Shown here piece after piece: positions 12,968 through 25,400 of a stretch of 64,000 nt of DNA. Both the position numbers and the translations under genes were made by a program. Below the pieces are notes generated by a model. That model saw only the letters and a list, made by a program, of their open reading frames with translations. It did no database searches and was not told the origin of the DNA. This stretch comes from Takakia lepidozioides. Taxonomy: Eukaryota > Plantae > Bryophyta. The stretch covers positions 69,750,001-69,814,000 of the forward strand of contig CM060732.1 in NCBI GenBank assembly GCA_030704615.1. The letters run 5' to 3'. Positions within the stretch are counted from its first letter, which is position 1, and each line of letters begins with the position of its first letter.

Positions 12968-15900
12968 ATGTGCATATTTTTGTATTTTCATATTTTTTGC
13001 TTAAGACTTTCTCAGACATTCACACTCAAATGGGGCCCCAAACATCAAGAACCTAAAAAATTAAATTAAATTAAATTAAACAGTACAGTAGCAACTTGGA
13101 TAAGATTGTGTTTTCCAGATAAAGTAAAGCAAATGACGACCTAGGATTTACTGTTATTAGTAACTGCCTGGGGTTTGGACGTTTGGTCAAAGAACCGGAA
13201 TAAGATAATTAATATTCGAATATCTGGTTGACTTCAGTTTATTGGATGTTCACGCTTAATAAACACAGTGGGACCAACATTACTGGTAATTACAAATAAT
13301 TATTCTAGTCCAACAGAGTAGGCTCTGACCTTCCGCACAAACAAACTAGCAAACTTGCATTTGCATCAACGCATCCAGAAAGACGTGTGGTTTCGTCATA
13401 TTGTCGGCTCCGCGTCCGTGTGCAACTCGCCCGCGGATTACAAACAAGATTGTGAAATTATTCTTGACCGGAAGAATGTATTCCCATCTCCGCAATTTTA
13501 AACACTAGCTCGGAACAAACGGATTCGGTCGTTTTATTCTCTTGCATGCAAAGGACGGACTTGGAAAACTTGAATTAATAACTTAGTTACTTAGGCTCTC
13601 GGCCACTAGCCCTATGCATGATACCAGTTGTCATCCTGTTTGGGGACTTTCATCCATCAAATTAGGTTAAGAGATTGTGTGAGTTGACCGTCGGCAAATT
13701 CTGTGGCACTTGTAAAGCACAAAAGTACAGATGGGCAGTGGGTCTTTATTAGCAGCACACTCACACTTACAAAATTGGTACAGTAAGTTAATCCTCAAAT
13801 ACTGCGATGGATCCCGTGCACCATGAGCATTTATTATCCATCATTTGCCGGGAAAATTTTAAAACAGTCAAACTGGAATTCTAGACTTCTGTACATGTGG
13901 ATGGAAAGCGTCCAATCCAGGTGGCTGGATGACAAGAGTTTCATTAGTAGTGGCTCTCAGTTGAATTCACTCAACTGATGGATCCGAGACCTTCTCCACA
14001 GTTTACGCAAACGACCATGTGTTTACACTTCAGCGTTCGGTAAACAGACCTGTTAAGATAGCTGGGAGATATACGTGTGCCTCTGGGTGACCAAGATCAA
14101 CAATAATATACTCTTGTAGACATGCAGTCACAGAAATCACGTCCGATTCAGTGGGCTGGATCCCTCCCTCTAGTTCAGAGCTTTCACCGGACCAGACGAG
14201 AGATTTTGTCACGGGCCATGCACTGCGAAGGATCTGGGTTCCAACTTCCTGCGCAGGGTGACACGACACGCGCCATTCATAAGCGCCATTCATAAACGTG
14301 GCTACACGAGCGCCAGACCCTGCTGGCAGCTATCTAGGTAGTATCAAGTCAATGCTAGGAACGACCTGTGCAAGTATGTGGGATTTTGGGCGGGCCCGCC
14401 ATGCTCTGCAAACCAGAGCTAAGACAACATTTGCACAATCCGCCATAACTTCAAGCCTTGCTGCTATCCACCAAGGCATCACTATTTGTACAAAGAAAAC
14501 AGCTGAATTCGCACCAAAATGTAGGCATGGAGCTGAGCGGAGTTTCTTAATGGCCCACTTTAGCTTCTGGCCTAATGTAAACTGGTTTGCAATGTGAACT
14601 ACAGCTAATGTACTCATTGAGTCATTCACTCCTCATAAAGAGCACTGCGGACTATGGTGTACCAGTTGGGCCCTTGTGTCCGGGTGGCATCGACCCACCT
14701 AACAATTCACGTTGATCATATGCTAATGCTCATGCTCTAGCAATGTGTTGCATTTAAGATAATTGAAACTCCAAATACAAACTGTGAATTATTGTAACCA
14801 CTGAGCGGATATCGTCCACTCCAAGAGTTCCTTACCTGTTCATTGTAGATTTGTGTGAGGCTCCCTGTATCCAAGATACTAGTTGTTGGAATTTGACAAA
14901 TGTGTCTGCATAATAGATCTTTGGTTGCCAGAAGACCTAGAGGACCACCTACGTCGTTGTGAAAAGCTGAGCGCATGCACTCAAATCTTACCTGGCTGTC
15001 AAATCGGAACAAGCCTGAGATTTGGGAAAACCTAGCTGTTGGATCCATAGCGCACAGCAGGCAAATCATTAGAATTCAAGATAGTGTGAAAAAGAGAGCT
15101 AAAGCACTGTGGAATCTGGATCATCCTTATTGTGTCAGTCTATCTTAGACTACATTTCTGTTTAAAAAATGTCTATTACTGCACGGTAAAGCATAAAATC
15201 TATCCTCAGTCAGATTTTGTATCAGACTAATGATTAAGTTCGAACAGATCCTAATTCACATAGGTATGTGTTGTTCAAATGTTGCAGAGGAGAGCGGTGG
15301 AATTGGACATAATTTATATTTCTGGAAGGAGAAAATTAACAACTGGTAGATTCAAAATTGTTTTGGTCTTATGGCAGAGAGATCTATAAGTAGCCACAGT
15401 TCCAAGACTAGAACGAGAAATGTCGACTAATACTAGTAGTGTTGCCATGGTTACTGACTAATGGCTAAGGATCGATCTATTCGAAGTGAAGGATGCGTAA
15501 GAGCACAATAATTTGTAGGACTTCACTTAGGTTTTCTTACTGTTAGCCTGCCATGCCAGAATGGTTTTTGGCTACCGGTCAAATGGAAGACGTCGCATTT
15601 GGGTAGAAACAGCTATCTTTGAAAGCTTTTTTAAGTTTGCATATATAGAATTCTGTAGACCTGTGTGGGCCCTATCTTTGGCCTCAGACGAGACAAATTA
15701 AAATAGCTTCAAGTAGAGATTTGACAAGACAAAACCCTGTTTACCATATTCGTGAGAGGAATATTTTGGTAAACATCTCAGGAGTTAAGACATTCTTTGC
15801 TGTCCTCGTTTTGCACACATATATACCCTAAGTTACTAGACATTGAAAACTTTGACTGTTCAATAAGGAGTATTATGGTGGGCCCCTGGACAACAGAGAA

Positions 15901-16546
15901 GAAACTAGCCACGCAGTAGGGACGGAGAGATGCACACGTGAAGAGAAGTCATTTAGCAGGTTTTACCTCTGACACGTCAATGTTTCACAGTTTGGAACTC
16001 TGGAAGCCAGGCGCCTTGCTTTGAATGAATGTGAAATAATGTTCCAATGCTGTCGTGGCGCCCTTTCTTTCAATGCTCTGGGACCAACATGTGAAGGGGC
16101 CACATCAATTACACCGTATGCATGCAGCGTGATTGGCAAGGGACGCAAGTGGCCATCAACCCAAGTTATCTTTTCAGACTCTGAGATTCACGTCTTTACT
16201 CGACACTATCAGTCTTACCCATCAATCCAAACTTATTGTCTGCCTTCCTTCTTCTCAGATTCTACGGAAAGGCCTACTTTTCGCAGGTGTCAAAATCTCC
16301 ATCCATCCGCAGCAGACATATAAAGTCTAAGCTTTCACCTTTGCTGGATTTGGAGATTCATACCGGCGACCGCTCACAAATCAGGCCTGTGAGAGGAGAA
16401 AGTAACCTCTTTCATAGTTACCTCGCCTTGAGGCGCCGAGCACGAGGCTCTAGGGACACCGCCCAAGGAAGGGGAAGGAAAGGGGGAGAAGTTTATACCG
16501 TACCCGACAAGGTAGCAAGGGACTAGGATCAGGATTGTCGGAAAGG

Positions 16547-17000
16547 CTACGGGAACTTGTCTACAAGAATAAAAAGAGACATATAGTCTACCTTGAAATG
16601 TGGGAAGCCGGTCCTCAACTTTTCTCCTGCTTTTATTCTCTTCAGAAGGAACCTTTGTTCTTCTGGGGATGCTTTGCATTCTGTAAGTGTGTGGGCCAAA
16701 ACATCATCTAGTTTCTTCAACTTTCCAGTCAACTAGTAAACAATTGAAATCGCACAAGTTGCAAAGAACTGCTGTCATTATAGAATGCTTTCAACCGCAA
16801 GATGAGCTTTTGAGGCAACCCAATGACATACCCCACTTGTTCACATCAGATCTTATGCTGACTCCCACCTATCTACCCACATCCATCATTATGCACTGTT
16901 GGAAGCATCCGGTTTCTATGCATGTGTCCCCGCATCACAACGTCATCTCCAATAGGATAGATTTGACCTCAAAAAATCATTGCCAGCACTTCAAATAGTC
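16547..17000 (-). mobile_element. Degenerate 3' end of a non-LTR retrotransposon (C-terminal CCHC zinc finger)
   Basis: Frameshifted translation gives LCNLCD...VEET.../LAHTLTEC....EQR, resembling the C-x2-C...E-T/D-x2-H-x-L-x2-C motif of LINE ORF2. Confidence 0.4.
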
Positions 17001-18967
17001 CAGGGGTAGAGAAAGGTAGAGTTGAGCACTTCAATATTTTCTAAACAGTAACTTCCAAAAGGGAAATGGTTTGCAACCTACCCACATCATCCGATCACTT
17101 GTTGGCTGTTCTTGTGCCTGGTGCTAAATTTGATATTTGTATCTACTTTGGCAGAAGCCAATGTATATGAACTTCAGTTCATATGGATATGAGTAGGATC
17201 ACATCCCTGGAAATATTCCTCCATGAGTCATTCTTACTGCACATGACATTACCTTCCTCAGTGGGTCCTCAGTGGGACCCAAGGGCAACGGTCATAGTCT
17301 CCCCCAAGTCATGGGAACAACCAATGCACGTTGCACGAGAAGCGGACAACATGCAGCTCTTGCTTCGCTCAGCTCGATGGCGCCCTTTGTTGCTGGGCAT
17401 ATATTGCTGATCTGCTGCATCGGCATGTTGCTTGATGCTGTGCTCTGCCATGGTGGGCTTGCTGCATGCAGTTAGGTACCGTGCTGGGCCTTTCCTGATC
17501 AGTGATCTGCATACTCACGGCCACCGTGGCCCTGATACCTACGATTGCAGGTGCGTCATGATGGTCTTGTTACCTTGATCCAGACCATCCTGTCCTTGCT
17601 GTCTTGGGCCTTGCGTGGGGTAGAGGCGGCCATTGGAGGTCAGAGCTACGTAATCCTCCATTCGCTCCACTGCAACCAAAACAAGTCAGTCTGCCAGTCA
17701 GAATGCACCAAAACATGTGCCCCACACACACAACTTTGAAGACAAAGTGTGGCAGATCTGCAGCTCCAAGGACTATCTCTGTAAAAGGCTGTGGCCCCGT
17801 TGTGTCGGTCACTCCACTAGCCTCATAAGTACCCCATTTGATCCATACACCCAGCGCCACCTCCACACCACAACACATCATCTATCTTTAAACATTTACA
17901 TTTTTACTTTCTATTTCAGACACACACCTAACAATCACATACATTTATGCACCAATCATCCGTAAGAGCTTTGCTAGTTTCTACTTTGACCATTCGGACA
18001 AATATGCATGGATGCACTTGGATCACAACACAAAAGGAGATTGCAGTAGCCGTCCTTGGCATGTTTTTTCGTTTTCTTTTCTTTAACACAAGTGGGGACA
18101 GAGGTTGGATCTACCTTTTCTAAAACTACGCCTACGGCGCCAATTGACCTCAGTTCTTCACCATCCGTAGTCGAAAAGCGAGCGCTACCTGAGCCTCCAG
18201 CTCTACGGGAGATTGTTGTGCCAGGTAACCGAAGATTCAGAGCTGCTGGTACACAGGAAATCGCCTTTCCCCCAGGTGATGTCAAACCATGGAGACGCTG
18301 CATTCGCCTTCTTCTGTACATGCGAAAAGCTGCACACACCACCAGCCACGCCTACGAGCTTAACACATAATGTCTGAGTGCACCATGATTTTAAAAAGTG
18401 AAAAGTAAATGAGCATGTTTTGTAAGTATGGACTCAGTGCTGGCTAACAGCTCCCTTTCAACAACAATTATTCCCTGTTACATGGATTTTTTTCATATGC
18501 GGGGCACATGAGGGGTGCCCGGCTAGCAATGGTCAAGTTAAGATTTTGCATCCTCACTATGGAATTGATGCAAGTGAATCTTCGGGTGCCCGCTGTTGGA
18601 ATTCTAAACTAAAAGTCTCCCACTTCCTTCCTTTTGCTTGAAATTATAATCAATGGTAGCTTTTTGGAATGCACTGTTTTGTGTAGCATGACCCTCTATA
18701 TGCACTTGACTTATTATCCAACATATGCGCCAGTGGTAGTGGTTTTCACAAGGCCAAGTGTATGCCGGATGTCACACATTATGGTACATGGGTCAGTCGA
18801 TTACTTAATGTGTGAATACATGGGGACTTTCCCTTTTGGGGAGGGGCGGGATTACTTAATGTGTGGTTACATGAGGACTTTCTACTCCTTGGGGGAGGGT
18901 TGGGCAACCATTGGTGATGGTTGTTAGAAGGTGTCCAGTGTCCACCTTTCAAAGGAAAGCCATAGCC

Positions 18968-19109
18968 GGTGAGGTGAAGTGACACCATCAGACTTGCTTC
19001 TGCAAGAGTCGTCCTTCTCTGTACCTGGAGTTGAGGTGAGGTGAAGTGACACCATCATGACTTACACTTGCTTCTGCAAGAGTCGTCCTTCTCTGTACCT
19101 GGAGTTGAG
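18968..19109. repeat. Tandem duplication of a ~67-bp segment
   Basis: ggtgaggtgaagtgacaccatca...acttgcttctgcaagagtcgtccttctctgtacctggagttgag at 18968 and 19035; the second copy has a small insertion. Confidence 0.9.
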
Positions 19110-20505
19110 CCATGAGAAAGCGAAAGAGGTTGGAGGAACCTCGGGGTTGCTGGAGCTACCCCTGCACAAACACTGTTTAGCTCAATCAATCAGCCTTCTC
19201 CTTGTACCAACAGTGTCCCTAAGTTTGAACTCTCAAGTGGACACATTTATGTAAGAAAGGCACAATTCAAAGCCGAGCTTATGGATGTTTAGACATCGAC
19301 CGAATGTTCGTCTTGTTTGAAAAAAAAAGCATCCTGAAACATTGTTTGTCAGCTGCAATTCCCAACGCTTATGAATGCAAATGTTCTCTAACTGCAGCCA
19401 CGCTCAGATATTGCTTCGAGGTAGCTCATGCATTGAGCTCATACCAAGCTCATGATGGCAGCAAGGGTGACTGAGGTTTCGACAGCTGCATTCCTTGGCT
19501 GATTCCAATCATGAGAAGATGCAATTACCTCCCCCAACAGACACATTGTCTCTCTCTCTCACACACACCACAAAAACCCTCTTTGAAGAAATCTGCAGGA
19601 AACGGTAGGGACTAGGGACCAGGGACTCTAGAGGCACATAAAATCTGAACATCCAAAGCACCTGTGTTCTCAAACTCTACCCAAATATGCCAGCGAAGAA
19701 GAGGATGTACTCATTAGACTCTTGCCATATCTTGTGGTCACTAGACCCCACAATCGGTTTGGACACACGTCACAAGAGAGGGAACAGGTAGAGCCAAGAC
19801 AGCAAAATGAAGAGCCGTCTTCCAATAGATATCGTCCTCTTCCAAAGGTGGAACTACCGTGCCACAAAATGTCCAACCCCTTCATGGCTGAACAAGAGCA
19901 AGGAGATGGCTTCTCCAAGGCCCTCGTGATTTGTCTGCTAAACTATATCTCAAAGCAACATTCTATGATAGCCAGGCTCACCCAAAAACTGACTGAACTG
20001 AAATATCACTATGCTTTGCAGTTTTACCTTGTTGCCAACAGTCGTCAATCCTCTCATTTGAAAGACACGACGAACCTGCTGTGTTATCCTGTGTTTATTG
20101 TCACCAACTATGCCTCAAACTTACGAGACGTGATCACTAAAACTCCTAGTTGTAGGTGACTTAAGCCTATCCCTAAAACTCAGTTACGAAGGGACGTATT
20201 GAGAAACTTGCTAGATGGTATGTCTGACCTAAGGCATGTGAAAATTGGTGCACGCTACTTTACACGAGCTGTAATCAGACAGTTGTATTACTCCGACCCA
20301 GATTTGGTGGCTAACCACTAACCCGGGTTAACATGACGCTCCTTAAACAGACCTCCCCTGAGACATCCAAGCACACATAGAGCCCAGAATGTTTCCATAA
20401 TGTTACACATAGTGAAGATCTACTGTTAAAATAAAGCCTCTAATTTGCTGTGTCTGGCTGGTATTTAGTTTCAGTCACAGTACCCGCCTTGCTCCTTGCA
20501 TGAGC

Positions 20506-22825
20506 TCAATTCCAACCCTGAGTGTGCATAAGCGTACTGAACTCGGGAAAGTTTAAAAACCCATCCTTGTCACTGTCAAACGTCTCCATCATGGAATTCA
20601 CAAGCTGCAATGGGTGGAGAACACATTCATGAGCAACACTTGACATCATTTGTAACATCCAATTTGGTATGTCTGTCAACCATAATTTACACACATGCCA
20701 ATGATTTCTTTGGGCCAAGGATTTTACTATCCACCCCATTCAGCAATTGTGGCTCTCAGCTCGGCGGAAAAGCCTACACTATCACGAGAAATGCCCCCAA
20801 AAAAGTTCCAACTCCAATCTCCAGCACAAACATGGAGGTTCATTCTGGTAGGAAGACTTACATGCTTGGGGAACACCTGGCACCTTTCCTCAAGCGACTG
20901 GGTTAGTTACACCGATGACTAACTATCTGGAGACTTGCCTGCCTTAACTTCAGCACTTCAGCTTAGGCAGTTGTAAGCAATTCTTTTTGTGGATGCAATC
21001 AGTAATTTGCAATACATGCTGTCACCTAGGACCATTCTGTTTTTATTTCATGGAACAAAATTACTCCTGCTAATGCCCCAGGTGCGAGATGTAGCACCCT
21101 AAACTGAATATGAATGTCACACCTGTTCAAGCTGGGTCTGAGGAAGTGCTTGACCGCATGCAATTTGCATAGCATCTGCTATCTCTGAACGGGATATCTT
21201 TCCATCATGATTAGAGTCATAGTAATTATACAAAACTGTCCAACCAACCAGGATCAATATTGTTTCCATCAGCCTCCTTCTACTAGTTTCAAAGCTTCTT
21301 CGTGGAGATAGAAAAGCTAATAAACATGTCCCAGAAAACCCAGCAATTTGCCAAGGCATTTGCATAAACCTTACATATAATGTACACATAAGCTACCCGA
21401 CGACCACGAATGAAAAAAGCAACAAATAATAAACAACCATATGGACACTGGTGTACAATTTGACAACTTCCATCCTCCTCTTATCACAACCCCCCGAACC
21501 TTCTTGCAAAAGTTTCCCAGAAACTGCTCATAAAAAGTCGGGAAGTTTATGCACTAACCCCGAAGCTTGGATTCTGGGGATCTCATACCTAAATGCTTTG
21601 ATTTGGCGAATTTCCTTGGAGCTAACAGCACCATCTCTGTCTGCATCAATGTACTTGAATAGTCCCTCTGCACAAGGTGCTGTTCATACAGCCAAGGCAA
21701 ACAATACGTCAGCTTTTCCATCTCAGAATGCATCAACATCCATGGCTCCAGTGTGCTCTAACACCATAGACTACAACACCCAGTGCCCTCAGGCTGGCCT
21801 CTATCCATGTGGAGGTCAGTGTATATCAACCATTCACCGTCAAAATTGTCAGCAAGAATGGTACAGACAAGGTCAAATTTGGTCCAAACTGGATGTTGGT
21901 CAAGGGGTACAGCTCTCTCCCCTTTTTTGTTTATATCTTACATTTCAGAGGGGATGATTTTGTCAATGAGTACTCTTCTAATTGATGTCTATCCATTGCT
22001 TGCTCATTTTGGTGTGACAGCAGTCATGTCCACAAGGTGTCCAGGTAGACATTACAGTAGCATCAACATCCAAGCCAGCCTTTGTAATCAAGACTCAATT
22101 ACCTGTAAGCAGATTGTTTAGCGGCTCCCCTATGGCAAGTTTACATCAAACAAGCCCTCAAGAACAAAGCTCTAGAGGGTGCCTGAAACCAAATTCATCT
22201 CTGAAGCAAAGAACATCTCTGCTTAGTGCCTCAAAAGACCTCACGATAAAGGGGAAGGAACAAATAAGCTTCTAGGATGGGCCAGTAGCAGTAGCAACAT
22301 GGGCATGCATACGTACAGGTGCCAAGCAGGTCCTTGAATCTTTCTTGTGTCAAATAGGATTGGCCTTTGCCTTTTGCCTTTTTGAACCTATGCCTTGCAC
22401 GCAATTCATGTTGCCCTGACACTACGACAATAAGAAAGAGGTGAGCACAAACCAGCTTATTATTTCTTTCACAATCTACATCCTCATAGGAGGAAAATAC
22501 ACCCAATAAACCATCTGCAAAATGACTGCATGGACACACAACAAACTCAGGAACACCTTTTCATCTGCACTTGTGCACATCCACTCTTGAAGTGTATAAC
22601 AAGCCTTACAAATTGATGGAGTTCCCTCTGGAAGACAGCAGCTCAGCAATAGGAAGCCCTGAAAATTGATGCCTTGAAGACATGGAATATACCACTACTA
22701 TATTGAAAATAGATCAAGAGTACACAATATTGATTAACTGTCTGAAGAGACCAGAGCTCTCAAGGTAAGAGAACAAGGAACTCACAGCCTCTGATCTGGT
22801 TCAAAAAACTGTAGATGTTACCCAT
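20506..22825 (-). CDS. Calcineurin B subunit-like EF-hand Ca2+-binding protein, ~163 aa, N-myristoylation motif; exons 22825-22786, 22421-22317, 22129-22103, 21667-21559, 21235-21123, 20604-20506; one +1 frameshift near 21612
   Basis: Spliced via GT-AG introns: MGNIYSFLNQIRGLSGQHELRARHRFKKAKGKGQSYLTQERFKDLLGTWEPLNNLLTEGLFKYIDADRDGAVSSKE/FAKSKHLGMRSPESKLRVLYNYYDSNHDGKISRSEIADAMQIACGQALPQTQLEQLVNSMMETFDSDKDGFLNFPEFSTLMHTQGWN. MGxxxS start, RFKK, three canonical EF loops, and KLR..YD / QL.Q.V spacing as in calcineurin B. Confidence 0.8.
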
Positions 22826-25034
22826 CGTCTCTTCCGCCACGCTCAGTTGGCAGGTTACAGAGGGCACTCATGTCTCATAGCAGCTACTCCAATTCTCATG
22901 TGTCTCTTGTATCTACCACCTCCTTCCTCGGCTGCAGCTTCCTATATTTCACCATTAGGACTTATACTCGCCCCCCTATCATCAGATCCATCCTCCATAG
23001 CCATGGACCCTGCCAGCAACAACTCATCTTGTGTTTTGAACTTGGAATCAACCATGAGAACCTACTGTAATGTCACAGTTCCTGTGAGCTTCAACTGAAA
23101 CACACAGCTTTTTAATCACAAGATGTTTACTCAATCCAAATGCCTCCTCTTGACAATTTCGGTGGACAGTCAACACTCCCTAGTGCCATACAAGCCCGTG
23201 GATGTAAGCTCTACAAGCTCCAACAGATAGAATCATGTTTTGCTATAGGAAAGAAACAGATTCAGTGGGTAATCCTTGGCTCCAACCACAAGGCCTTCCA
23301 GTGGCACCTTTGTAATGACCACAAGGAAAGATAGTAAGGGTTTCTGCACCATTCGTGTGCAGGAGACAGGCTCTTTGCAACAGTATAAGGACGCATAATG
23401 TCAAGCAGATGATATCGATCAAGGAAACCATAGTGTTGTTAGATTGGCTATGTTCCGATATGCAAACATTCGACCATAGCATGCAACTCCGACTATCCAC
23501 ATCCTCAACGCATGTTTAGTTCTCAAGCTACATAATTTGTCTAGGCTAATCGAAGTTCGTTGTAGAGTTTTCCTTACGTGGAGGCAACAACGGGCAGGAT
23601 GATTATTCAAGAGCTGCTAGAGTGACCTAATGAACAGCACAGACATCACATGCACTTACATTTGCAGTTGAGAATTCCCGAGCTCAACCATCCCTTTGAG
23701 GAGTTTTTAACCGAAAGGAAAGGTGAATAAAATATATAACATTAACTGGTAAACCTCAACCCTGACGTGGTAGCTGTTGGAACATACAATTCTTGGCAGC
23801 AGCTCGCAGGGTATTTCACACATCCGATCAAAAACGAGGCATACAGATAAGGAAAGCTTCGGTCCCTTCAGAATCTTCAAGAGAACAGTACCTAACGTGA
23901 GTCACTAGCTCTTGTGATGAACAGAAGATAAGACTAAACGCAAAGTGTCCAAAACATCGATGAAACAAACACCGAAATGCGTTTACTGTGACTCATATTG
24001 TAGTAAAATACAGATAAGGAACAGCGAACTTTCTCTGCAGGTTAGAAAGACACAGTGCAGAGAGAAGGAGATTGGAATATCACATTTTTTAGTTGCAAGC
24101 AGCCAAGTCTGACACGATTCTGCCGATAAATGTTTTGATTAGAAACGTCCGGAATTACACATGATTCTTAGGAAAATGGATCTGACTGAAGGCAGATTGA
24201 CATAATCTGCCTGAGAATGAATGAAGGAACTGCACATGATGTCGCTGAGTAAAATCGCTTTGCATGAAGGCAACTGTTACATTGTTGCCACGAGGAAGGC
24301 TCTGCATGGATATTTCCCGTGTATGGAGGCTTAAACAAGATTCTTTTTTACCTGAGTCGACGAAATTGAAATCATAATAACTACACATGATTATGAAGAG
24401 CGAAGACACAGAATTGCGCAGAAAAAAATAGCTCGAGAGAGAAGGTGAACTTGAGACCCGAAGGGTTACGAGCAAGAGAAAACAAGCCCTGACAAATCTC
24501 AACCGTTGAACATATGAAAACACATGACACAAACTTTCCAAGATGTCAAAAGATCTTACATTTTGCAACGATTCTTCGCTTGTCTCCGCAAATCGAGTTT
24601 GGAGTTTAGTCTCTTGTTAAAGGACAGTCCTACTTCGCAAGAGTGCATATTTGGACATGCCAACACTATACACTTAGTCCTGTGCGCACTAAACCTATGG
24701 ATGAAGGAACAAATCGGCCCCCCCATGATTGACCTGTGAGTTATGCCTTATGCGTTAGATGTGTGAACCAGATTCTTGACACCCTAGATATTCTACTTCT
24801 TCTATGGTTAGATGTACAGGACGGGGCGGCCTCGGGCTCCTCGAGGCTTCGGGCTGGAGGGAGTCCGCAAAAGCGCGGGAAGCAACCACGGGCGTTATAA
24901 CGATGGAATTTATAGCACGTGTCAATGCCTTTTCATTTCGTGATGAAAATGTAGTGTGAGGTTTGTTACGTAAAGAACTAGGGCTGATTTCTCTTTGTAA
25001 ATTTCTGCGCGTTATCCAGCGTAAGAGCCCTTAC

Positions 25035-25400
25035 CAGTGCATTACACACTGCATTACCGGTGCATTACACGAGTGTGTAATGCACACCTGCGATATTTCT
25101 TTATCTTTACCTCAAAGATCTTTTTTCACGGCAAGCTACCGCCTTGGGTCAGGCCCTTAAATCCGGGAATGCCCTCCACTCAGGGCATTACCCTATACAT
25201 AATTTGCCCTATTTCAGAGTTATGTATAGTGTAATGCCCTGAGTGGAGGGCATTCCCGGATTTGAGGGCATTGCCCCAGGCCGGTGGCCCGAGGGAAGCC
25301 CCGAAAATTTGGGGATGCCCTCCACTCAGGGCATTACACGGCATAAAGCACGTACAATAAAAATGGTACGGCGGGCAGTACACTCCCGTGTAATGCACAG
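25035..25400. repeat. Foldback/MITE-like cluster with a 50-bp inverted repeat (25153-25202 / 25220-25269) and reiterated gcattac motifs
   Basis: Arms gccct(t/c)aaatccgggaatgccctccactcagggcattac(c/a)ctatacataa differ at 2 positions around a 17-nt loop; a third partial copy lies at 25315-25339. Confidence 0.8.

Noticed and set aside
18056-20159. Plus-strand ORFs 18056-18370 and 19722-20159 as a gene
   Set aside because: No recognisable domain, and no consistent splice model could be built
22941-23055. Short upstream ORF (MVDSKFKTQDELL...) before the EF-hand start
   Set aside because: May be a uORF, but there is no conservation or transcript evidence to support it
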